64,000 nucleotides of DNA from Pelomyxa schiedti (lineage: Eukaryota; Protista; Evosea): NCBI GenBank assembly GCA_020536535.1, contig JAHLWZ010000832.1:26954-90953 (forward strand), given 5' to 3'. The translations under genes and the position numbers were made by a program. The notes below the pieces were generated by a model. It was not told the DNA's origin, searched no databases, and saw nothing but the letters and a program-made list of their open reading frames with translations. Positions 23,512 to 34,970 of this stretch are shown here, piece after piece (position 1 is the first letter of the stretch; the number at the start of each line of letters is the position of its first letter).

Positions 23512-24237
23512 TTATGGAGGGTGGTAGATGTGATTGGGAGGGATCACAGCTTCCAAGTCAATCTTCGATTGAGTTGGAAGACCAACGTTCCTCCTTAATT
23601 CGAGCAGGGCCAAATTTTGGGGCAGGGTTGACACGTGGTAGTTGTATAAGCCTACCAGATTCCTAGCGGCGGATTTAGCGGAGTTCGGGGTGTTAGGTGT
23701 GACATTCAGAGTCTTCAGGGAGTTTAACCGGAGCTCCTTGCGGATTGCAGCGTTATGGCGGCATGTGTTGAGGATGTGCTTGACCGATTCCGGGGAATTG
23801 CAGCCGTGCCGGCATGTTGAGGCGATGTGGAGGATGTGGGACATGCGGTTATTCAGGGGCTTCATGCCGGTTGCAATTTGGAGAGCGTGGTTCCGCAGGG
23901 TTGGAGGGATTCCCTTGGTGTTGAGGTTCTTGACCAGGTTGATCCAGTGAGCCGCTGTTGGTTTCTCTGTCATTGTGGTCCGAAGCTTGTGATGCAGGGA
24001 TTTTCCCGGGCGTTCGTCCAGGATTGCCCTGTAAATGTCAGTGGGGTTCCTGAGAGTCGGTGGAATCTTCTCATTGAACGTGTGGATTAACTGCAGTGGG
24101 GAGGTAGGTAAGACCTTCTTCGGGTCTGTGCGGTTTGGATGCCTGAGGGCCGACACGGCGGTGGCAACATTCCACCAAGCCATGTCCAGCAGGGGGGTGG
24201 CAAAGCCACCCCCAGGGAGGGAATGGAATGACGACAT
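23512..24237 (-). CDS. C-terminal part of a LINE ORF2 (post-RT region with zinc knuckle)
   Basis: 241-aa ORF with LPGGGFATPLL and CRHGCNSPESVKHILNTC. An upstream, frameshifted segment (WETT...NNNSILSSTLYSILST) resembles the L1/Tx1 RT thumb. Confidence 0.8.
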   Translation of the reverse strand: MSSFHSLPGGGFATPLLDMAWWNVATAVSALRHPNRTDPKKVLPTSPLQLIHTFNEKIPPTLRNPTDIYRAILDERPGKSLHHKLRTTMTEKPTAAHWINLVKNLNTKGIPPTLRNHALQIATGMKPLNNRMSHILHIASTCRHGCNSPESVKHILNTCRHNAAIRKELRLNSLKTLNVTPNTPNSAKSAARNLVGLYNYHVSTLPQNLALLELRRNVGLPTQSKIDLEAVIPPNHIYHPP

Positions 24238-24382
24238 TTGTAGATAAGATAGAGTAGAGGGTTGAGGATAGAATAGAATTGTTGTTTGTCAAGTTTTTAA
24301 TGCTTGGTAAACTGGTTGTTGGTTTGTCTTTGGCTGTTTTAAGGCTGTCGGACATTGTTGTTTCCCAGGTCGATTTGGGGAA

Positions 24383-24457
24383 GGTGGTCACGCCCGGGAT
24401 CGATCCCACAACCTCTCAGTTTTCGCGATTTCAGACGAACGCCTTAAACCGCTAAAC
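24383..24457 (-). other. tRNA-derived mosaic at the 5' junction of the retroelement
   Basis: GTTT-AGCGGTTTA-AGGC (D arm), TTCGT-CTGAAATC-GCGAA (anticodon-like arm), AA-CTGAG-AGGTT-GTGGG-ATCGATC-CC (tRNA nt ~37-62) and CCGGG-CGTGACC-A-CC (3' T-stem and acceptor strand). Confidence 0.65.
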
Positions 24458-24470
24458 AAAAAGGTCTCCC

Positions 24471-24492
24471 CTAACCATTATACTACGGAGCC
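24471..24492 (-). pseudogene. Original 5' end (nt 1-22) of the interrupted tRNA-Gln; includes TSD copy 2 (24471-24490)
   Basis: GGCTCCGTAGTATAATGGTTAG. Its GGCTCCG pairs fully with the CGGGGCC acceptor strand at 23232-23238. Confidence 0.92.
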
Positions 24493-24795
24493 TTCGTATT
24501 TCGGTGTGAAGTGAACAGAGTTCTTGCTGCTGCTGCCAGGCTTTTTTCCAGGAAAGAAAAAAGAGGGTCCTGACCTTTATGTAGTTGTGCCGGGGGCGGG
24601 GTGTGTTGGTGTGTCATTCCGAGGCCATTCCAGTGTTCCGCTTCGCCCCGAACGGTGGCTGTTTTCTCTCAAATGTCAATTGTACGTATTTGCGAATATT
24701 AGAATAAAAAAAAAAAGAAAAAGGAAGAAGAAGACGAAGAAGAGCAGGTGCGTAAACTTACCTCGTAATCGTCGATACGCACGCAGGCAAACAAA

Positions 24796-26884
24796 ATGAG
24801 CAGCCACCTCTCCGCCACGCACCAGTCTCCCTCATGCGAAGCCGACATGGAGCGCGAGTTGTCGGGTCTCCCCCAAGACATACGGGCTATACTCATGGCC
24901 GCACCATACGGCCGAGACGCCTGAGGTGCTCCCCTCACCACCCAGCCAAACAGAGCCAGGAGAGGCAAGCGCGCGCACAAATCATCATCATCAGCAACCA
25001 CCGCTGCAGCGACAACGACTATGATCTCCGCCTCGGGTTCGTCAGCATCACCAAACACTCCTAACCACGCCAGTATCCTCACAATTGCTTCATCCACCAA
25101 CACCCGCTCCTCTTCCTCTTCCTCTTCCTCTTCCTCTTCCTCGTCCTCGTCCTCGTCCTCGTCCTCATCCACAGTCACCTCTTCCACCCCAAGTGCAGTG
25201 ACAGAGAGCCAGCGCAAGCCCACCGTGAAGCAGCCCAATCCCCCAAAACCCAAAAGGGGGAAGGTATCTGCAGAGGTGGAGCCACGCAAACCACTCGTTG
25301 TTGTTGGTGGTCTCACTCCAACCGCTGAAGGCGGACAAGTAGCAGAAACAGAAACAAATGTGCCGAGCATCACATCCTCTTCTTCAACACAGTCAGAGGA
25401 TCCTCAATTGAAGAAAGCCTCACCAACAATGCCTCCGAAAATAAATCTGGGGTTGTGTCCGACACCACAATAGCAACCTCAGCCAATAATAACAGTGCCG
25501 AGACAAGAATGACTTCCACTTCCACAGGAGTGACGACTCTGGTGGGACACGTAACCACCGCCACCAAGGCTCCTTCTGGAAACTTCCAAGTGACAAAGTC
25601 CGTGCAGCCGCACATTGAAGGAATTTACTTGAGAGAGCAGATGCTGAGCCTCCTCGCGGGAACTCTTCCCAGGAAGTGCATCTGCCCTGCGAGTTCTTAC
25701 GCCGGCCTCCGAGAAGAGGCTGGTCATCGTGCTCCGCACCGGAACCAGGCAAGGAAGAGTAGAGGAGCGAGCCCTGAAGCTCGGACTCTGGCAGGATGCC
25801 AGGTGTCATATCCTCGGAATTGGAAGTCAAGCCTGTTTTGCATCTCATTGAAGAGTCCTGGTTGGTAACCTGGGCAGGAGAGGATCACTATGTCGTTCAC
25901 GAGAAGAAGGGTCGAGGGTTCCCTTCCATTTTCAAGCTTCGCGACGTTCAAAGCACAGGAGATTCAAGGGTCTTGCTGGAGTGCAGCAAGCCTCCCCCTC
26001 GAGTATTTCACTGCAGGACAAACAGCCACTGGCACCTTTATTACTGCGGGGGTGAACCAGAATTTTACATTGAGCCTGCCCTGCTTCCCACACCGCCACA
26101 AATCGGAAGTTCCTCCTTGTCCTCTTCCTCCTCCCTGTTGAAAGTTCAACAAGAAGACCTGGGCCTGCTGGAAGGGCACGTAATTTCTTTGGTCGCTCTG
26201 AGCAATCGGGAGCAAAACGTGGCGCTCCTCGTTTCCCGGAAGCTGAAGCCGACAATCTCACCGACAGAGCACCAAATAATATTCTGGAACGTAAAGGAGT
26301 CCACGGAGAGCAGGCGATTCCACGAGATCGAGAGGTGGCTGGTGACCGGGATAGAGGCCCTGGAAGGTGAGACCATTTTGAGGGTGTTTGTGATAAGGTC
26401 TGGCTACTATGATGACAAGCTGGACGACGACGCAGTCGTCGTTGCACTGTCATCTACGGGCAGAGTATACGTCATCAAGAGGAAGAATCCAGCAGCACCT
26501 CACCTCGTCCAAAGTGCTGGGTGTGAAGTCAGGAACTTGTTCGCAATTGGGAATGGAACAAAGTTCTGCATCACATATGACGGAAGATATGAAACACGAG
26601 ACGTGAACACGCCAGAGGACGTGCTGATGACCGTCGACATCACGGGGTTCAAGTCGGTGGAATGGGAGACAATCACTGGCCTCATGCTGGCCATGTCAGA
26701 AAAGAAGGTGGACAACACAGAGAGTGACAACAGCAACAAGAAGTCTACCACAATCCAATACATTGACGTGAGGAACGTGGAGGACAACAGATCGCTGTTC
26801 AGAGTTCCTTTGAGAACACATAGGGGCACAGTTACCTCCCTCGTCAAGAGTTTCTCGTTCAGTACACACCATCACGCCCCGTAA
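24796..26884 (+). pseudogene. Apparently disrupted intronless gene; the 3' 362-aa ORF (25796-26884, beta-rich) is intact
   Basis: The frame from ATG 24796 is broken by TGA 24922-24924. Protein-like reading then hops frames near 25405, ~25665 and ~25800 with no GT-AG intron explaining the shifts. Confidence 0.5.
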
Positions 26885-26949
26885 CGTAAAATTTTTCTTC
26901 TTTGAAAAAAACCTTTACCCATAAGTGGCTGAATAAAAAACACCAGACC

Positions 26950-27009
26950 GCCGATCCTGAGCGACGAGAACGAAAATGACAGCGTTCCGGTCTGTTGATT
27001 ATTTTATTC
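26950..27009. repeat. 60-bp direct repeat, copy 1
   Basis: 57/60 identical to 27437-27496. Confidence 0.93.
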
Positions 27010-27436
27010 CGCCAAGTCTTCTCGGCCGGAAATTTACCTTCTAAAAAACAGGGGTCAAATGACTGTCAATCGGCTTCAATTTGTATAAAATTTATCAGGC
27101 AGGGGCGAAAGTTGCTCTCCTTGCACCTAACACCACCAACCAAGGGAAAGAATAACCAAAGGATACCTGTGCGATGGAATAGGCGACGGGATTCGATGCG
27201 CTCATAGCTCTGATGTTGAGCGATGCTAAGGGGGCGGAAAAGACACCAACCTGGCGGAGGTCAACATCGGCCTGAGTAACCCTTGGAGGAACCTTGTCAT
27301 GATCTCCCAAAGGGGGTGAACTAAAAGAGAAATTTTTTTTATTCTTGTGGGTAACAACGAATTTAGTTCAAACTTGTAATACAAAGAATTTTGGCGTCTT
27401 GTGGAATCTGTGACACTATTCCCGTTGTGCGCAAAG

Positions 27437-27496
27437 GCCGATCCTGAGCGACGAGAACGGAAATGACGGCGTTCCGGTCTATTGATTATTTTATTC
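27437..27496. repeat. 60-bp direct repeat, copy 2
   Basis: 57/60 identical to 26950-27009. Confidence 0.93.
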
Positions 27497-27653
27497 TTTT
27501 CATTGGAAAGTTACAGGGCCACGAGGAAATGTTAGTGTGGGTTTGGGTGTATCAAGCAGCAAATCAATCAGTGAAAACAAAAAGGAGTTTTGGTTCCTTT
27601 ATCTATGGAGGCCTTTCATTGCTTTCCCGAAAGAAGGAAGTAAAACGTTAGGG

Positions 27654-30251
27654 TTATGTGTGGTGTCTCCAACAAATACATAAGATGAATAAGAGGCAAC
27701 AAAGGGCATATATGTAGCACTTGAGAAGCAAGTTCTGGTTCCACTTGAAGAGTGACACAAGCGATGGAGCAAGATACAGCACTTGTGGGTGTTTGGTCAT
27801 TGCGTTGTGCACACACAACTTTGCTCCCATTTCCAGCATTGCGTGTATTGTATCTGTGCAGTGAAGGATCAGTTGTGGACTTATCTTGATGGAACTAGAA
27901 ATGTGTTACCGGTGGAATAGGCTAGGTTCAGCAACGCTCCACAGGCGTTGTACTGTACTTTCATTGCCTCGGGATTACACCGCATTGCTTGAAGAATGCA
28001 CGGAATTCCACCTTCTTCTACGACCCGTTTCTTGTTTTCTTGGAGAAGGTATCAGTGTAGTAGGAGCTTAAATAGTTAGGGCACTACTTGTGTTGTCTGT
28101 GGTTATATTCCACAAGAATCCACATGCGTTTTGCTGAATCTTAGCATGGAGAGGGGTGTTACTCATGGCCTCTAACACACAGGTTATGGCCCCCTGACTG
28201 GCCAGTGGGATTTGGAAGTCTTAATTACTTGAGAATTGATTCTGTAAAAAGTGAAAAAATAAGCACGGAAGAATACCTCGGTGTGATGCCAACTCCATAA
28301 GAACGCCACAGGAATGCTGTTGAACCAGGGGTGTGTGTGGTAAAGCTTTCATGGCCTTCAGAACGCATTCAACACCTCCCTCACGGAAAATGAAGGTCCG
28401 GTATTCTTGAAGAATTGGCAAGAAGTAAAGGGCGGGAAACCTATATTTTGGTAAAACTACCTATGTTTCGAGACAAACTATGCAGAATGGCACAACCATT
28501 TTGTTGGACAAGGGTGTTGCTATGTGCTCTGATTGCACTAACAATGGCCAACACTCCATCTTTGCCAATTTGCAGGTCGTTTCCTGAGATAGAGTGAGGA
28601 GTATGTTAAATGTACATACAGTAAGGTACCAATACTATTTGAAAAATTTATCAATGTGGCACAGGCAGCTGCCTGTAAAATTCCAACGGAAGCGTGGTAT
28701 TTCATTGTTTCTAGAATACAGCTTACTCCTCCTTCTTTGGCAAGGGATCTTGCAATCACTTTCCGAGTGGTTCTCATTAGAGAGGTCATGGAGAGATTCT
28801 CTCTGTTGTTTTGTTTTGTTGGTACCTGGACTTAGGGCAAGGTTGTTCAAAATACCGCATGCGTTTTCTTGTAGGACAGAATTCTCAAGGTGATTTTTCA
28901 TAGTTCCGATTATATGTCTGGAACCTGTTTGGGCTATTTGCACCTGGTTCTCTGTAACCGGTGATTATTGTATGTCAAGCAAAGTTCAGTTGTTCAGACC
29001 TGAATGGTTGACTGATACATTCCATAAGGCTCCACACGCTGATACCTGCACTGCAGCATTTGTAGGGTACGTTTGTAATGCTACAATAAGAGAGTTTATC
29101 CCTCCCTTGACACCAATTTTATTTTTTAAATCTGTTAGACATTTAGACATAAAGGTTGGGATTAACGATTTCTACCCCAGTCAAACGCCAAGTTCAGGAG
29201 AAGTTCACAAGACATTCCCTGGATATTTGGATTTTGAATGTGCATTCTCATTGCCTGTAAGACTAGGCTAATTCCACTATCCAAGAATATGTCTCGACAA
29301 TTATCTGTACAAATATATTAGGGAAACGGTGCTGTGATCACAGAAAATACCAAGATTTCCATTAACCAAGCATAACAGAGTTAGAAAGGCTGATTTTACA
29401 ATCGGGACATTAGTGTGGTTAAGTGTCATTGCAAGTAGAATGCATTCGATCCCACCACACAGTGCAATTTCTTGTTTATTCTCTACAAGCAATGAAAAAA
29501 AGGGTGATTTCGAAAGAGTGCCTAATTACCCGGGTTGTCAAGGGACAAGTGTGATAAAACTAAACATGCAGTTTGTTGAATAATAGAATTGCAGGAAAGT
29601 GCTTTCATTCCAGCCAATAAAGTACTAAATGAGGTTCTATCAACAGTGTGTTTAATTCCTTTTTGAAGTTCACGATGAAATTAAACAGTTCCAAAAAAAT
29701 ACCGGAACCCTCTGTTAAATGGAACAGTAAAGTCCAACATTGCTCCTGCAGACTTTCCACAAAGGGAAAGGAACGGACCACATAGAGTACACAAGCCATA
29801 CATTGGCAAAACAATGCAGCCCTATTCTCATCTAAAGGACGTGAACTATTTTCGACCTATGAAATGGAACCTGAATTGAGGCGTAACCCCATTCTAGCAA
29901 GTACCTGTCGTGCAGCTTTCTGTTCAATAAGTTATTTCAAAGAAGAAACATTGCTATTAGTAATATAATTATAGTATAACTGGAGTTGTTTCTTTATGAA
30001 ATATGTACCACGGCACTGCACCCTGTCAATTGGAACTCGCAATTGGTGCACACCAAAGAACTGCCCGCAGTGACAACCTGCCATCATCATTATGGGAGAG
30101 TGCCCTTCCAAGGGAAGGAGAACAGACAAAGCACGGCACTGGTGCCCCGCCCAACACAACAAAGCAAAGCTGTCGGTCGTACCGCAGATAATGGGAGCGA
30201 AGTGCCACACAAAGGGCACTCCACATGGCCCTCATCCCTCAGTTCCGTCAT
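27654..30251 (-). CDS. Armadillo (ARM)-repeat protein
   Basis: Repeated GG[IV]xx[IV]LxAMxxH...[LV]QxxAC..L.NL units (GGIECILLAM, GGVSCILETMKYH, GGVECVLKAM). N-terminal CPLC. Termini approximate. Confidence 0.8.
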
Positions 30252-30560
30252 AGTCCCCCACCCACTGAGGCACTTTGTCGTATCCGTTTGTGCCTCTGCC
30301 CCTACAATAAAGGCGAAATGATGGGTGCAGATCTGATGTCTCAGACCGGAGTGTGACTTGGGTTTTTTCTGGAGCTCTGCCGCACCAATTGAGTAAAGAT
30401 GATGCGCTCCTTTCTTAGGAGTTTGACACACCAGTCTCTCTGGAGAGCCTACAACATTTTCACGAAAATGATGAAATTCTAACTGAAATTGCGCTGTGAA
30501 CGGGAGGGCGCCGGTCCACAACGAGGAGGAACCAAAACTCAACCCATAATCTACATCATC

Positions 30561-33465
30561 ATGGCCGCGTCGTGTTCATCGGCGTCACGTGACCCTGTGT
30601 TTGTCGAAGTGCATTGCACCTTCTCGAAACTGCACCACGAATACGATATCGGGGGTGCGTGACCCACCATTGTTCGTTTGTATTCCGTTGTCCCATAATG
30701 GCGTTCGTCCGTTTGCTTTTGCGTGGTGCCGTGCAGTGCTGATTTATATACGCCACTGCGCTATTGTTTGTATTATTAATTAACATTGGGGTGAAAATGC
30801 AAACACATAGAAGAGTGCGAGGTTACTTTCGTGCATCCAGACGGACCAGACGAACCTGCAACTCTGCAGTGTGGAAGCAATCTCTACGCGGTTTCTTGCC
30901 ACTTAGCGTCTTTTCCTTTCCCTAACTTACCTTTTTCCCTTCCTTCCACTGTATTAAGTTGAACAAGGGGACCTTTCGTATTCAAGACACAAAGCGAGGC
31001 TGCATTCTGCACGTCGACAGAAAAAAACTCGAACTTACAGAGTTTGGAAGAGATGACAAAGAATTACTGGTAGAGAACATTGACAAGTGGCTTTACGGGC
31101 ATCGTGGTGGCACTGTCACTGTCATACCAAAACCAAAACCAAGAACACACACACCCCCTACTCTATCAAATAGCCCCACGCGTTCCAACTATCCACAATC
31201 CAAAATGACAACCATCGTGAGTGTAGCAGCAAAAGATTCAACCGGCACAAAGTGTTTTAGTCACAAAAATCCTGGTTAGTTGTACCAACAAACTTTTCCT
31301 TCATGAACAACGCAGCTCAATTCTTCTTTCTAAGGACCACAGACATCAACAAGGGAAGGTTATGGAATCCGTGCTGGTAAGCAACATAATAGACGCACCA
31401 CAGTACTAGCTCCCAAGCGTAAAGGATTATTATGGTTTAAACAAAGCAACTTGTGTTGCCCTCTTACCGTTTATTCTGTGTAGTTACCCTGAATGCTTTT
31501 TTTCCAAGTCGACCAGCAAAGACCACCAAGATAGCAATTGGATTCCTGAAGGGTCTGTAACACTTTTACCTTTCTACTCAAATCCATATTGTTGACTTCG
31601 GGGCTATAGTTTTAAAAATCTTGGAAATACCTGCTACCTGAGTGCTGCACTACAGTGCTTGTCTTCTTTGCCTTGCTTCACCCATGACCTTCTTTCAGCC
31701 CATCTATTCGAGATAGTTGAAACTGCAACAGAAACTCAAATCCAACGTGAGAAAATCTATGGGTTTTATGAAGCTTTCTATGAACTTTTCCAGAAAAAGG
31801 TCTTTCCAGTTGAAGGATTTTTTCCCCTTCTCATCATTGACACATGAAGGCTCGAGAAGGACATCAAGTACTGAATCCACAACCCCTCAAAGAGTCACTT
31901 AGCAAGCACGTTCCTGAATTTTCGGGTTACAACCAACAAGTATACTTTACATGGTGATGCGCTGCCTCTTTCTCTCAGCTCCTTTGTTTCATAGGACGCC
32001 CATGAATTTCTTAGTTTCTGCTTCGATGCTCTTGAGGCGGAAATCTCTTCCTATTTACAACCAGGTATTTATTTGTGTTATTGAGTTATACTGATCTGAC
32101 CCCAAATTCTAAGCCAAACGGAATAGTACCGAAAGTCTGATGTTGTGTCCCATTGAATTGAACTTCAGTTGTGAGGTAGCACCTTTTTTGAGTTCTTATT
32201 CAAAATTTAACTGCCCGTTCAACTAGTTGGAGAATTTGTTTACTTGCAGTCAGTGCCAGTACACATCATCAAAAAAAGAACTTTACAGAATCCTCTCTCT
32301 TGAAGCACCCTCTCCAATGTCACCTGAACCGGCATCACTTCAAACTCTTTTGCACAACTTTCTAAAGGTACAACTATAAAAATGCGTACTTGCTACACAA
32401 CGGAACAAAAATTCAGGAAGAACATATTGAAAAAGATTGTACTGAGTGCCCCTGCCTGAGGGCCGACGTGCAGCATAAGTTTTGTGCCCTACCGGTATGA
32501 CAGCCAGTATTCTTTTCATTTTAATTAAAAAAAAAACAAACAGCGGGTTCTAGTCTTGCATTTGAATAGATTCTTGCAGGGAGCCAATGGCAAAATCTCC
32601 AAGAATACTTCCCCTGTTTCTGTACCTCTTGTGATTAATATTGGTAACCCAAGTGCCTCCCCTAACATGTAGCCATCACTAACAACAACGCAGACGAACT
32701 AGTTTCCGAGGGTGTCACTCCGCCGTTTCCGATTTCGGCCACCACTTCCACCCGTTCCCCGCCTGGGGCGCCGCCTGTCGGGCCAGCACCCAAAAGGCCT
32801 CGTGTAACTAGCACAAGTGGCCAATGCGGCAACATCACTGTAGATAGTATCCCCACATCACCCTCAACAACCACAAACGCACCCCCCCCACCAACAACCA
32901 CAGCCACAGCCACAACATCAACATCAACATCAACATCAGCATCCACAGCAACAACGTCAACATCGTCAACCACCACTTCCGCTAGAACAACAACTACGGC
33001 GCACTCAGCATCATCAAACGAAACACCAACGCCGTCTCCGTCCCCTCCCTCGTCCTCCGCGTCGTCGTCGTCAACAACAGCACACGCGAGGAGCCGCCGC
33101 TACCACAACCCGCACGGCCACAGCCCGCACCCGGCCGCGCCGCCGCCTTCGTCTTCGTTGCACCGAGGGGGGGCCCTCCCCTCCCCGCACTCGTACTCGC
33201 TCGCGTCGATCATACAGCACAACGGGGCCAGCACTTCCACGGGGCACTACATCGCCATTGTCCGCGGCCCAGTCAACACGAACAGGTGGAGTGTGCACAA
33301 CGACGCACTTGGGAGAAGCATCACGGAGCAGGAGGCCTTGGGTATGTTGTGTGATAATTTTCTGGACAGTCCTAATTTACACAAATTAAAACAGATGACG
33401 AAGTGACAAGAAATGGGTACTTGTTTTTCTACCTTGCTTCATCCTTCACCAACACTGAAGGATGA
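30561..33465 (+). CDS. Ubiquitin-specific protease (peptidase C19), USP37-like architecture
   Basis: Cys box FKNLGNTCYLSAALQCL, NQQ|DAHEFL, His box HNGASTSTGHYIA, HND. Possible N-terminal PH-like domain and a long S/T/P insertion. Confidence 0.9.
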
Positions 33466-33625
33466 TAAGCCAACAAGAAAATAGGGGAATAAAATTTTGT
33501 GCCACATCGTTCCAAACACTTACTGTTGTGTCTCAGTTTGGGCAAATAACGCCAATGCACAATTTTTCTATTTGTTCTTCTGGAATTCAGTAATACCCAA
33601 TTCATTTGAAGTGGGGGTTTTTTAT

Positions 33626-34970
33626 TTATCCCCACAAGGCCGGAGAGCAGGGCTGAACTAGGGTACTGCCCTCATAAACAACGCCAGGGTTGCGGTCAGT
33701 GTGGAGAAGCAATGGTCCATCAAGGTCAACAAACTCAGCATCAAAGGCAGAGGCCAACCAGGCGGCGGGAGCAATGGCGAGGGAGGTGCAGACCATGCAG
33801 CCCACCATTATCTTAAGTCCTAGACGGCGGGCTGTGGCCGCCTGCTCCAAGGCGTGGGTGAGCCCGCCTGACTTGTCCAGCTTGATATTGACGTGTGTGT
33901 AGCAGGCTGCAAGCTCCGGCATGAGCGCAATGTCACGTAGTGACTCGTCGGCACACACGGAGATGGCGTACCTGCGGCCAGTCAAAGCGGAAATATCTTG
34001 GGGAGTGCTGTAAGGAAAAAGGGTATTTTTCTCGTAATGCAATCGCGTACCTTTTGTAGCAGGGAGAGGTTGTTCCACCAGCTCCACATTCAATGCTGCA
34101 AGTTTTGGAGCAAGTCTTTCTAAGACTTCAGGAGTCCAGCCCTCGTTGGCATCTACAATAAGTCTGCTGTGTGGAGCATTTGCACGAATTGCTTCAACCT
34201 GCAACAAGCACAATCACAAGAGTTACGGAAGAGGGAAGATGCGAACCTTGTACAGGTCATCCTCAGTGGCGAGTTTGAGTTTAAGTAGTGGCCTGTGAGC
34301 ATTTTTTGCTGCGGCTGCTGCCATCTTCTCTACAGTGTCCAAGCTTAGGGTGTAGGCTGTTGTGAGACTCTTTGGGGCTGGGAATTCTGGATGCAGCTCC
34401 CAAGGGCGCTTGCCTGCGAGCTTACATTCGAAGTCCCACATGGCACAATCAACAGCATTTCCTTACAGACAGTCAGCGAGGATACTTTCAACATCAATCA
34501 TAATATGGCATATGTAATACTGTTTTCTTGTTTCTGGATTGAGGTAACATACTGGCAGCTCCATTTGGCAAAATAGAGAGTAGCTGCTGTCTAAGATGGC
34601 ATAACATTAGGGGCGATAAAGTACTTCCACTAAAAGGAAACCTGAATGACTCCACAGGTAAATTAGACAAAGCAGGCACTACGGCTTGTATGGACGCCAC
34701 AGAGCCCTCGATAGTCTCGTTGTAGTGCCTGTAGGGCACGCCCTCGCCGCGTCCAACAATCGCGGTTGCGGGGTCGATTGCTTCCTGGGCAGCGTCCCTT
34801 ATCTCCACCACAATGACCTCGGCAATGGTCTTTGACCCACGAGAGATGGTGAACACTCCCTCGATTGGCCTATTGTCCACCAATTAGTTCGTTCAAGATC
34901 CACCCTCTACACGGGGACCACAACAAGGGCCTCACCACTGCTCAGTCTTTACTCGTATACTCAAGGGCAT
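33626..34970 (-). CDS. Enolase-superfamily dipeptide epimerase / N-acetyl-D-Glu racemase (YcjG/DgcA-like)
   Basis: WPIEGVFTISRGSKT, AARNAVDCAMWD, KLK, IVDANEGW, VEQP, ADES, NIKLDKSGG, MVGCM, DLDGP. Five short introns. Confidence 0.93.

Larger units (their letters stand above)
23301..24470 (-). mobile_element. 5'-truncated non-LTR retrotransposon (L1/Tx1-like) inserted inside tRNA-Gln
   Basis: Bounded by an exact 20-bp TSD. Intronless. Encodes an RT-thumb-like segment, a GGxxxP motif and a zf-RVT-type CxxxC-x4-ES-x2-H-x4-C knuckle. No RT catalytic core or endonuclease is present. Confidence 0.88.

Noticed and set aside
24588-24652. GC-rich imperfect hairpin faintly like an SRP/Alu 5' end upstream of the tRNA fragment
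   Set aside because: No SRP helix-8 motif or other conserved element is found.
24922-24924. In-frame TGA as selenocysteine or a reassigned codon
   Set aside because: The same gene also has frameshifts. Conserved genes in the window use TGG for Trp and TGA as a true stop (VPS29, USP, kinase).
26950-27496. LTR/TRIM element or CRISPR-like array
   Set aside because: Only two repeats, with no TG..CA termini, primer-binding site or TSD. The context is eukaryotic and has no cas genes.
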